Assembly: GCA_002773945.1 (NCBI GenBank)
Contig: PEZT01000001.1
Location: forward strand, 1,131 to 65,130
Source: Candidatus Beckwithbacteria bacterium CG10_big_fil_rev_8_21_14_0_10_34_10
GTDB lineage: Bacteria; Patescibacteriota; Microgenomatia; UBA1400
Length of the DNA: 64,000 nt
Reading direction: 5' to 3'
Below are positions 56,801 through 64,000 of the stretch, piece by piece; positions within the stretch are counted from its first letter, which is position 1, and each line of letters opens with the position of its first letter. The position numbers and the translations under genes were made by a program. The notes beneath the pieces were generated by a model. It saw only the letters and a list, made by a program, of their open reading frames with translations, was not told where the DNA came from and ran no database searches.

Positions 56801-57418
56801 CTAATATTTTCTAATAATAGCTTTTATTTCACCCTGGATTTTAATTTTATTAACAAATAAAGGTGGTTTGACATTTCTTATTGATTCTAGTCTAACCCTG
56901 GTTTCTTCTTTAAAAAACCTTTTTAAGGTAACTACATCCTTTTCTAAAAGAGCTAAAACTAATTCTCCGTCCTCAACATTAGCTTTTTCTTCAATGACAA
57001 CAAAGTCACCATCTAAAATACCTTCATCTAGGAAAGTATCACCTTTAACTTTTAAAACTAAGGCCCTTTTTTTACCAGATAATAGGGAAGGAGCAACACT
57101 AAAAAAAACGTCCATTTCCGAGAATGGCTCAATTGGCCGTCCTTCAGCAATAAAACCCAAAACAGGCAATTTCATCCCCGTGTCATTATCAGCCAGCTTT
57201 TTATCTACCACTTCCATATGACGATGTTTTCCATACCCAGTTATTTTTAAAACCCCTTTTTTCTGAAGTTGATTCATGTGTTCATGAACCGTGGCTAAAG
57301 AACTTAAACCCATGGCATCAGCAATTTCTCTTAATGCCGGAGCAAAACCATTTCTTTGAATATATTGAGCGACAAACTCTAGGGCTTGTCTTTGTTTTTC
57401 ATATAGAACGACAGGCAT
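56801..57418 (-). CDS. lexA: LexA-family repressor (wHTH + S24 peptidase) with Ser-to-Thr change at the catalytic nucleophile position
   Basis: N-terminal wHTH LYEKQRQALEFVAQYIQRNGFAPALREIADAMGL. The cleavage-site-like motif is GFIAEG. The S24 core reads LKVKGDTFLDEGILDGDFVVI where the canonical motif is GDSM. The general base is retained in TLKRFF. The start was set to the ATG at 57418, which is preceded by AAGGAGG. The annotated ORF extends to 57481. Confidence 0.75.
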   Translation of the reverse strand: MPVVLYEKQRQALEFVAQYIQRNGFAPALREIADAMGLSSLATVHEHMNQLQKKGVLKITGYGKHRHMEVVDKKLADNDTGMKLPVLGFIAEGRPIEPFSEMDVFFSVAPSLLSGKKRALVLKVKGDTFLDEGILDGDFVVIEEKANVEDGELVLALLEKDVVTLKRFFKEETRVRLESIRNVKPPLFVNKIKIQGEIKAIIRKY

Positions 57419-57560
57419 AGATTCCTCCTTTGTTTGTTTTTTGTTTGATTTCAGTTTGGGCCAAAAAAATTCCTTTGTCAACTAGAACTTTTTATATCTT
57501 AATCAACTTTAAGGCTTCAAAATGCTAGACAGCTATAAATAAAAAATTTAAAATGAATTT

Positions 57561-59450
57561 ATGATAAAAAAGAAAAGTCTATTAATTGGAATTTTAAGAA
57601 CTGGAGAATTTACATCAACTTTCCTTTTTTTTGGCTTCTTATTTCTTTCCTTAATAATTAAGCCAGTTTTTGCTCAAGGTGAATTTAGTAAAAGCTATTC
57701 AATCAAATACACTGTTAATTCTGATGCCAGTGTTTTAGTTGAGCAAAACATTAGCTTGAAAAACAACTTGGCTAATATTTATGCCACGGAGTACAGTTTA
57801 ACTTTAGGGACAGTTGAGGTGAACAACATTTGGGCGAGTGACAATTTTGGGAGTTTAAATCCCATAATAGAAAAAAGTAATAATCAAACTAAAATTAAGC
57901 TTAACTTTAATGACAAAGTCGTCGGGAAAGACCAGGTTTTAAATTTAAAATTAGGCTATACTTCCAGGGATTACGCCCAATTAAATGGCCAAGTTCTAAC
58001 AGTTGCTATTCCTCGAATAAATGATGAGACAGACCTGACATCATTTGAACAGGAATTATTAACCCCCTTATTTTTTGAAGAACCAATATTTATAAGACCT
58101 AGGCCAAGTCAAACAGGAATTAAGGCCGGTTTTAATGCTTATCAGTTTGACCAAAGTAGTTTAAAAAATGGTATTTTTGCATCTTTTGGAGCTAGTCAGA
58201 TTTTTAACTTTAATCTTAAATATTATTTAGAGAATAAAGATAAGGTTGCTCAGTATTTAGAAATTGCTCTTCCACCCGAGACAGCTTTTCAAAAAGTTTA
58301 TTATCAATCAATCAATCCTGACCCTTTAGATGTTCAGCTGGATAAAGACGGCAATTGGCTGGCTATTTATCTTTTAGAACCAAAACAAGGAATAGAAATT
58401 AAGGCCTCGGGAGCGGCAGAAATATTTTTGGAGCCCAAAGGAGAGATAAAGGGAATGAAAATGAGTAACCAGGCAGATTATTTGTTATCCCAAAATTATT
58501 GGCCGGTTAATGATCCTAAGATAAAAGATATTGTTAAGGATTTAGATACCGTAGCCCAAATTTATGATTATGTCGTTAATACCTTGGACTATTCCTATAA
58601 TAAGCTTGATGGTTCTAATAAGAGAATGGGGGCCATTATGGCTTTAAATAACCCCAAGGATGTGGTTTGCATGGAGTTTACTGATTTGTTTATTACTTTG
58701 GCTCGGGCTAAAGGAATTTTAGCCCGGGAAGTTAATGGTTATGCTTATACTAATAATCCTAATTTAAGACCCTTAAGCTTAACCCAAGATATTCTCCATG
58801 CCTGGCCTGAGTATTATGACTGGGAAGAAACTCTATGGCGTCCAGTTGACCCAACTTGGGAAGATACTACTGGCGGGATTGACTTTTTTAGTCAATTGGA
58901 TTTAAATCATTTTACATTTGTATTCCATGGTTTATCTTCCGAGTATCCTTATCCACCCGGGGCATATAAGTCAGATACAAGTCAAGGTCAGTCATTAGAT
59001 ATTAGTTTTGGTCAGCTACCAGAAGAAAGGCTTAAAACTAAGGTAGAATTAATTTTACCCAAAAAAGCCTATGGTGGTCAAAATTTAAAAGGAAAAGTGA
59101 TTCTTAGAAATTTAGGCAATACTGCTATCCATCAAAGTAAGGCAAGTTGGGAAACAACTGGTTTATTAAATAATAAACAAACGGCTTTAGTTCAAATCTT
59201 ACCACCCTATGGTAAAAAGGAAATTATCATTAACCTTGGTAGGCTTGAACCTTTTAAAAAAGGATCAGTTAAATTTAAAGTTAATTATAAAGGAGAAATT
59301 GCCACCGAAGAAATAGGAGTAAATTCCTTTTCACCTTATTTTTCCATTATTTTGTCTTTAGGGGGAGCTGGCGGAATTTTTCTCTTTATGCTATGTTTTA
59401 AATTAGGAAAAGTATATTTAAAAACCCGTGAAAAAAATATTAAAAACTAG
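57561..59450 (+). CDS. Exported/anchored transglutaminase-like (Cys-His-Asp papain-fold) protein
   Basis: Signal peptide, then VVCMEFTDLFITLARAKGI (Cys), DILHAWPEYYD (His) and WRPVDPT (Asp). A C-terminal TM anchor is present. Confidence 0.65.
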   Translation: MIKKKSLLIGILRTGEFTSTFLFFGFLFLSLIIKPVFAQGEFSKSYSIKYTVNSDASVLVEQNISLKNNLANIYATEYSLTLGTVEVNNIWASDNFGSLNPIIEKSNNQTKIKLNFNDKVVGKDQVLNLKLGYTSRDYAQLNGQVLTVAIPRINDETDLTSFEQELLTPLFFEEPIFIRPRPSQTGIKAGFNAYQFDQSSLKNGIFASFGASQIFNFNLKYYLENKDKVAQYLEIALPPETAFQKVYYQSINPDPLDVQLDKDGNWLAIYLLEPKQGIEIKASGAAEIFLEPKGEIKGMKMSNQADYLLSQNYWPVNDPKIKDIVKDLDTVAQIYDYVVNTLDYSYNKLDGSNKRMGAIMALNNPKDVVCMEFTDLFITLARAKGILAREVNGYAYTNNPNLRPLSLTQDILHAWPEYYDWEETLWRPVDPTWEDTTGGIDFFSQLDLNHFTFVFHGLSSEYPYPPGAYKSDTSQGQSLDISFGQLPEERLKTKVELILPKKAYGGQNLKGKVILRNLGNTAIHQSKASWETTGLLNNKQTALVQILPPYGKKEIIINLGRLEPFKKGSVKFKVNYKGEIATEEIGVNSFSPYFSIILSLGGAGGIFLFMLCFKLGKVYLKTREKNIKN

Positions 59451-59835
59451 TTTTGTTAATGGAGTTGCTTTAAGCCTAGTCAGCTGGCTATTTCCAGGAA
59501 TAAAACTGAGTTTTGATCCAGCTCAGTTTATTTTAGTCAGTATTTTAATAACCCTGATTATAAAATTAATTAAACCCATTTTTAATTTAGCTTTTCTGCC
59601 CATTAATGTTTTAACTCTTGGTTTATTTCGCTGGGTTAGACTTATTTTTGCCTTAGGAATCCTTATTTATTTAAACTTGGGAGTTTCTCTAGAAGAATTC
59701 TTCTTTCCTGGACTAAATTTCCAAGGAGTAGTGATTAACCCTTATCACTTATCATCTTTTTATAGTTTAATTTTAGGGGCGTTCTTTTTTGACCTAGCCA
59801 GAAAAGTTATCTTTTGGATTATTAAAAAAAACTAA
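59428..59835 (+). CDS. DUF360 / Phage_holin_4_2-family small membrane protein
   Basis: 135 aa with 3-4 TM helices and the hallmark LTLGLF motif (PINVLTLGLFRWV). Confidence 0.6.
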   Translation: MKKILKTSFVNGVALSLVSWLFPGIKLSFDPAQFILVSILITLIIKLIKPIFNLAFLPINVLTLGLFRWVRLIFALGILIYLNLGVSLEEFFFPGLNFQGVVINPYHLSSFYSLILGAFFFDLARKVIFWIIKKN

Positions 59836-61156
59836 GCCTTTTTCGGCTCAAGCGGTAGGTTTTAGGATGAGAAAGAAAAATAACGGGCGACTCTTCGGAA
59901 ATAAATCTTTGGAAATCTAAATATTTTTCTAATCTTTCTTCTTTACTAGTAATTGTCCGACCATCTTCTAATAATTTATCAATCTTTGGACTTTTAAATT
60001 TAGTAATATTAGTATTTCTGGTGGAATGCCAAAAAACATATTGGTCAGGATCAGAAGGAATTTCTTGAATTCCTAAAAAAATTTGAAACTCTTCGGACAA
60101 GCTATTAATTAAAGCAATTTCTACTTCTACATTTAGGACTTCTTCCCAGGATCTTTTAATTTTTTCGGCCTGATCTAAAAAAGGTTCAGTGGTGGATATT
60201 TTTATTTTAACTTTTTCGTCTAAGTCAAAAAGCTCCTTAGCTTTGGCAGGATTATAATCATATAGTTTAGCATCTGGATTGTATGCCCAGGAAATAGGGC
60301 TAATTGGGCCAGTGGCTCTTCGGTCACCGTAAGTTTTATCTTCTATAGCATAGGCAAGGGCCTGACGATAACTTTTTTCCGAAAAGATTTGATCTTCAGT
60401 ATTAAAGAAAAGGCCTAAATATTGATCTAAAACTATTTTTTCTTCTAAATTTACCTTACTAAGCCACTTTTCGTCTAATTGGGGCTTAATTAGCCTGTCC
60501 AAAACATCAATTTCTCCCATTTTAAAAGCAACTAAAGCTGCTTCTTCCGTTGGATAATATCTAAAACTGATGTCTTTTTCTGGACTGGTTAAGGTAATTT
60601 TTTCAACTAGATTGGCTGATTTTTTAATTCTCTTAATTTTATAGGGACCAACACCCAAATAGTTTTCTTTAAAAACTGGTTGATTAAGAATAATTAAAAA
60701 AGGAGAAAAAGGTTCTTTTAGGGTAAATCTAATTTGCTTATCGCTTAAAACATTAACTTGAACATCACTAAAGTTATAATTTATATCCCAGGCAGTAGCT
60801 GGAGTTTCATCCTGCCAATAAATGTTATCTAATAGGGTAAAAGTGTAAACTAAACCATCACCAGATATTTGCCATTCTTTGGCTAATCCTGGAGCAGCCG
60901 AGCCATCAGTAGACACAGTAGTTAAACCTAGGCTTAAAAGCCTAGTTATTTCTAATGGAAGATTATCCAAATCCAACCTTCCAATTTTACCAACTTTTTC
61001 ATGTTTTTTTAGACGGGGAAGAAGAGGCATAATTTTCCCGATAAAGAAAAACCCAATAATTCCTATTAATGAAGCAACTATAATAGTACGACCATGCTTA
61101 GCTAAAAAAGCTTTAGTCACCCAGGAAAACAAGCGGAATCTTTTAAAAAATTTCAT
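59822..61156 (-). CDS. Family-5 (peptide/oligopeptide-type) ABC substrate-binding protein, orphan
   Basis: N-terminal anchor with the SBP_bac_5-like YRQALAYAIED and DQYVFWHS. No permease or ATPase genes are adjacent. Confidence 0.55.
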   Translation of the reverse strand: MKFFKRFRLFSWVTKAFLAKHGRTIIVASLIGIIGFFFIGKIMPLLPRLKKHEKVGKIGRLDLDNLPLEITRLLSLGLTTVSTDGSAAPGLAKEWQISGDGLVYTFTLLDNIYWQDETPATAWDINYNFSDVQVNVLSDKQIRFTLKEPFSPFLIILNQPVFKENYLGVGPYKIKRIKKSANLVEKITLTSPEKDISFRYYPTEEAALVAFKMGEIDVLDRLIKPQLDEKWLSKVNLEEKIVLDQYLGLFFNTEDQIFSEKSYRQALAYAIEDKTYGDRRATGPISPISWAYNPDAKLYDYNPAKAKELFDLDEKVKIKISTTEPFLDQAEKIKRSWEEVLNVEVEIALINSLSEEFQIFLGIQEIPSDPDQYVFWHSTRNTNITKFKSPKIDKLLEDGRTITSKEERLEKYLDFQRFISEESPVIFLSHPKTYRLSRKRLSFF

Positions 61157-61159
61157 TGT

Positions 61160-61378
61160 TTAATAAGTTAAAAAATTAGCAATTGAGGAAAGGAAAAAAA
61201 GGATAATTATTATAATAGTAAAGACAAAAACTACTCTCTCCACTCCTCTTTTGGAGTGGTATGAAGAAGATGAACCCCCAAAGGTAGCACTTAAACCCGA
61301 ACCCTGAGACTGCATTAAAAGCAGAACTATCATGATTAAGGATATTGTTATTTGGATTATTCCTAAAATTATATTCAT
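61160..61378 (-). CDS. secG: Preprotein translocase subunit SecG
   Basis: 72 aa with two TM helices and LLMQSQGSGLSATFGG. Confidence 0.7.
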   Translation of the reverse strand: MNIILGIIQITISLIMIVLLLMQSQGSGLSATFGGSSSSYHSKRGVERVVFVFTIIIIILFFLSSIANFLTY

Positions 61379-61382
61379 TTTG

Positions 61383-61455
61383 TGAGTCGCCAGGGACTCG
61401 AACCCTGAACCTATTGCTTAAGAGGCAATTGCTCTACCAGTTGAGCTAGCGACCC
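61383..61455 (-). tRNA. tRNA-Lys (anticodon CTT)
   Basis: Reverse-complement reads GGGTCGC...ATTGC-CTCTTAA-GCAAT...CAGGG-TTCGAGT-CCCTG-GCGACTC. Confidence 0.75.
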
Positions 61456-61534
61456 TCTTAAAATTTAGTAACTTAATTATATCAAAGCCTAGATTTTCAA
61501 GCAAAATCTTTTTCTACTTAATTTTAAAATAAAG

Positions 61535-61607
61535 TGCGCCTGGGAGGACTCGAACCTCCAGCCCTCTGTTCCGAAGACAGATGCTCTATCCTTTGAGCTA
61601 CAGGCGC
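61535..61607 (-). tRNA. tRNA-Arg (anticodon TCG)
   Basis: Reverse-complement reads GCGCCTG...TCTGT-CTTCGGA-ACAGA...GGAGG-TTCGAGT-CCTCC-CAGGCGC. Confidence 0.75.
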
Positions 61608-61708
61608 TTTGTTGAATATTATATCATCTAAAATAACTGACTAATAATATTACTCTATAATTTAAGTTCCTCTTCTATTCAACCAAAAGATAAGGATATA
61701 ATAAAATA

Positions 61709-62911
61709 ATGAAAAAGAATGTATTTGTTTTTAATCCTTTAAAGACATTTTTTACCTTTATTGTGGTAGTGGTTATCTTTTCTTTTATAAACATTGGTTT
61801 GTATTTCTTAAGTCAAACTAATTCTTTTTTATCTCCAATTGTAGCTGGTTTTCCCTTTTTAAAAATCAAAGGTCCTCAAAAAATAATTGGTTTCCTCCCT
61901 TACTGGTCAGTAAATGAAAAACTTTCCCTAAATTATGATGTTTTAGATCAGCTAATCTATTTTAGTTTAACTGTTTTAGAAGATGGCTATTTACTAAAAG
62001 AAGAATATGGTGAAACTGAACCAGGCTGGCATCACTTAAATAGGCCTGAAACTAAAGAAATTTTTAGAAAATTGAGACAGAGAAGAATAAAAGTTTTTTT
62101 AAGTTTTAGTTCTTTTGAGGCTTCAATTATGGCTGAAGTAGTAGCAAACGAGTCTAAAAGAGCTCTGTTAATCTCAGAAATTAAAAAAATATATGAACTT
62201 TACGATTTAGATGGAGTAGATATTGATTTTGAATATTTCCCTTTATATTCAGATGATCAGTTTGGATATAACTTTAATCTTTTTTTAAAAGAGCTTAAAT
62301 CTGCTTTAAAAGAAGTTGATTCTCAGGCCATGATTTCAGTCGATATTTATCCCAAAGCCATGATTGATGGTCAACCATATAATTTAGAGGAAATGGTCAA
62401 AATTGTTGATCAAATAATTTTAATGGCCTATGATTTTACCCAGAGCAGAACAAGGTATACTGGACCAGTGGCACCCTTAAACAAAAGCTCACTTGATGAT
62501 TACTCAATTAGCATGGCTGTTAACAGTTTTAAACTTCGGATTAAAGATAAAAGTAATCAAAAAAAATTAATTTTAGGGATTCCCTTATATGGTTACAAAT
62601 GGAGGACGATTGATGATTCTTATCGAGCCAAATCTTACTCATACTTAGGGGAAATGATAAGTTACAAACGGGCCCAAGAAATGATCAAAGAAATGAACCT
62701 TCAAATAAACTGGGATGCGACGGCTTCTTCACCCTGGATCTCCTATAACCAAAATGGAGCTTGGTGGCAAACATATTTTGAAAACTATGATTCTTTAGTA
62801 ACCAAGTTTAAATTAGCCAAACAAAATAGTTTAGGCGGAATAGCATTTTGGGCTTTAGGTTACGAAGAAGATGAAATTGATTTCTGGAACTATTTGAAAA
62901 AAAATTTCTAG
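61709..62911 (+). CDS. Membrane-anchored glycoside hydrolase family 18 (chitinase-like) protein
   Basis: N-terminal TM and the GH18 catalytic motif DGVDIDFEY. Confidence 0.7.
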   Translation: MKKNVFVFNPLKTFFTFIVVVVIFSFINIGLYFLSQTNSFLSPIVAGFPFLKIKGPQKIIGFLPYWSVNEKLSLNYDVLDQLIYFSLTVLEDGYLLKEEYGETEPGWHHLNRPETKEIFRKLRQRRIKVFLSFSSFEASIMAEVVANESKRALLISEIKKIYELYDLDGVDIDFEYFPLYSDDQFGYNFNLFLKELKSALKEVDSQAMISVDIYPKAMIDGQPYNLEEMVKIVDQIILMAYDFTQSRTRYTGPVAPLNKSSLDDYSISMAVNSFKLRIKDKSNQKKLILGIPLYGYKWRTIDDSYRAKSYSYLGEMISYKRAQEMIKEMNLQINWDATASSPWISYNQNGAWWQTYFENYDSLVTKFKLAKQNSLGGIAFWALGYEEDEIDFWNYLKKNF

Positions 62912-62961
62912 GGTTTAATTTACCCCTTTTTTTTTAAATAAATCTTGTTATAATATTTAAT

Positions 62962-63642
62962 ATGACAAAAGCAAAAAAGAAGAACAATAAAAAACAAGCC
63001 TTGAGGATTAATCTTTCTTCAATAAATATTCCGTTGGGTAAAGAAATCCAAAATTTTTTGAAAAAGAAAAAAATTGATGTTAAACCAGCTTTAATCTTTT
63101 TAGCTATTGCTTTAGGACTCTATTTCCTTAGTTCTTATCTTGTAGTGGCTTTAGTTAATGGCCGGCCAGTTTCCAGATTTGAATTAATTAAAATTCTTGA
63201 AGCTCAGAATGGAAAACGAACATTAGAATCTTTAATTACCAAAAAATTAATCTTGCAAGAAGCCAAAAAAGAGAGTTTTAAAGTCACTAAAGAAGATTTG
63301 GCTAATGAAATAAAAATAATTGAAGATAACTTAGCTGCTCGGGGTCAAAAATTAGATGAAGTTTTAGCCCTTCAAGGTATGACCAGAATCCAGCTAGAAG
63401 AAGAAATTGAAATCCAGAAAATTGCCGAAGGACTAGCGGGTAAAAATACCCAAATTACTGAAGAAGAAATAGATACCTATATTGAAGAAAATCAGGCTTC
63501 AATCCCTCCTGAAGCTGAACCAGCAGAAATTAGAGGAACAGTTAAAAGCCAGCTTCAACAGCAAAAAACTTCTGAAGCAATTCAGACTTGGTTAGAAAAA
63601 ATAAAGTCTGAGGCCAAGATTAACTACTTAAAAAAGTACTAA
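62962..63642 (+). CDS. Membrane-anchored SurA-N-terminal-domain-like chaperone (no PPIase domain)
   Basis: TM followed by VALVNGRPVSRFELIKIL...LITKKLILQEAKK, a SurA_N-like pattern. Confidence 0.5.
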   Translation: MTKAKKKNNKKQALRINLSSINIPLGKEIQNFLKKKKIDVKPALIFLAIALGLYFLSSYLVVALVNGRPVSRFELIKILEAQNGKRTLESLITKKLILQEAKKESFKVTKEDLANEIKIIEDNLAARGQKLDEVLALQGMTRIQLEEEIEIQKIAEGLAGKNTQITEEEIDTYIEENQASIPPEAEPAEIRGTVKSQLQQQKTSEAIQTWLEKIKSEAKINYLKKY

Positions 63643-63720
63643 ATAGACATTAGTCTTTACTCCTATTAATATTTTAAAATCTTTTAATTAATAGTTTTTT
63701 GGGGTAAAATATTACTGTTT

Positions 63721-63806
63721 GCCGCGGTGGCGGAACTGGCAGACGCGCGAGACTTAAAATCTCGTAGAGGTAATTCTCTGTGTGGGTTCGATTCCCTCCC
63801 GCGGCA
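63721..63806 (+). tRNA. tRNA-Leu (anticodon TAA), long variable arm
   Basis: GCCGCGG...CGAGA-CTTAAAA-TCTCG, a variable arm TAGAGGTAATTCTCTGT, then GTGGG-TTCGATT-CCCTC-CCGCGGC. Confidence 0.8.
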
Positions 63807-63838
63807 CAGATAAATATGAATATTTAAAATCTAAAAAC

Positions 63839-63911
63839 GGAGAGTGGCGCAGTTGGTAGCGTGCACGCTTTGGGAGCGTGAGGTCCCGGGTTCGAATCCC
63901 GGCTCTCCGAC
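63839..63911 (+). tRNA. tRNA-Pro (anticodon TGG)
   Basis: CGGAGAG...CACGC-TTTGGGA-GCGTG...CCGGG-TTCGAAT-CCCGG-CTCTCCG. Confidence 0.8.
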
Positions 63912-64000
63912 TAAATGAATTTAAAAGAAAAAATAAATCAGGATATTATCTTAAATCTAAAAGCCGGGAATAAAGAAAAACTCGAAAGCTTGAGATTTTT

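Noticed and set aside
57419-57560. Search for a canonical SOS box upstream of lexA
   Set aside because: No GAAC-N4-GTTC (Cheo box) or CTGT-N8-ACAG palindrome is present. Only weak partial palindromes (TTTGGGCCAAA and GTCAACTAGAAC) were seen, which are not convincing.
1-64000. CRISPR arrays, transposases or integrases, and rRNA genes
   Set aside because: No regularly spaced direct repeats, no cas-like or transposase-like ORFs and no rRNA-like conserved stretches were seen by inspection.

Overview
The window reads as a gene-dense, AT-rich bacterial chromosome segment (roughly 30% GC by eye) with short intergenic spacers, lysine-rich proteins and many 4-nt overlapping start/stop junctions. This organisation is compatible with a small-genome, fermentative organism; a Patescibacteria/CPR-like host is an inference only. 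Most of the window is housekeeping. It holds ileS (5'-truncated by the window edge), a SEDS protein, rplU and rpmA, lepB, gatCAB followed by dnaE, a pyrimidine block (pyrD, a 6-phospho-3-hexuloisomerase-like SIS gene, pyrF, pyrE, prs, pyrG), rplS and ruvCAB. It also holds a central-carbon block (PGM/PMM, PMI-like cupin, SIS isomerase, PEP synthase, enolase, PfkB kinase, acetyl-CoA synthetase, 2-oxoacid:ferredoxin oxidoreductase alpha/beta), rpsR, lexA, secG and 11 tRNAs. Accessory content comprises a seven-gene cell-surface glycan cluster (8.3-15.2 kb) and a tRNA-punctuated surface and host-interaction patch (15.4-19.9 kb). That patch carries an anchored SNase-like nuclease, an Ig-repeat protein, a LysM protein and a GC-rich, compositionally foreign ORF next to tRNA-Gly and tRNA-like debris. 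The points most worth a second look are six. First, a ~330-450 nt GC-rich, structured non-coding interval between acs and rpsR looks like an unannotated RNase P RNA. Second, a tgt gene is internally deleted and frameshifted. Third, the LexA S24 catalytic serine is replaced by threonine. Fourth, lexA is divergently paired with a transglutaminase-like exported protein plus a DUF360 holin-like membrane protein. Fifth, the foreign ORF and tRNA-like fragments sit beside tRNA-Gly. Sixth, a class-I methyltransferase is fused to a Trm112-like zinc ribbon inside the glycan cluster. No CRISPR array, transposase, integrase or rRNA was seen.
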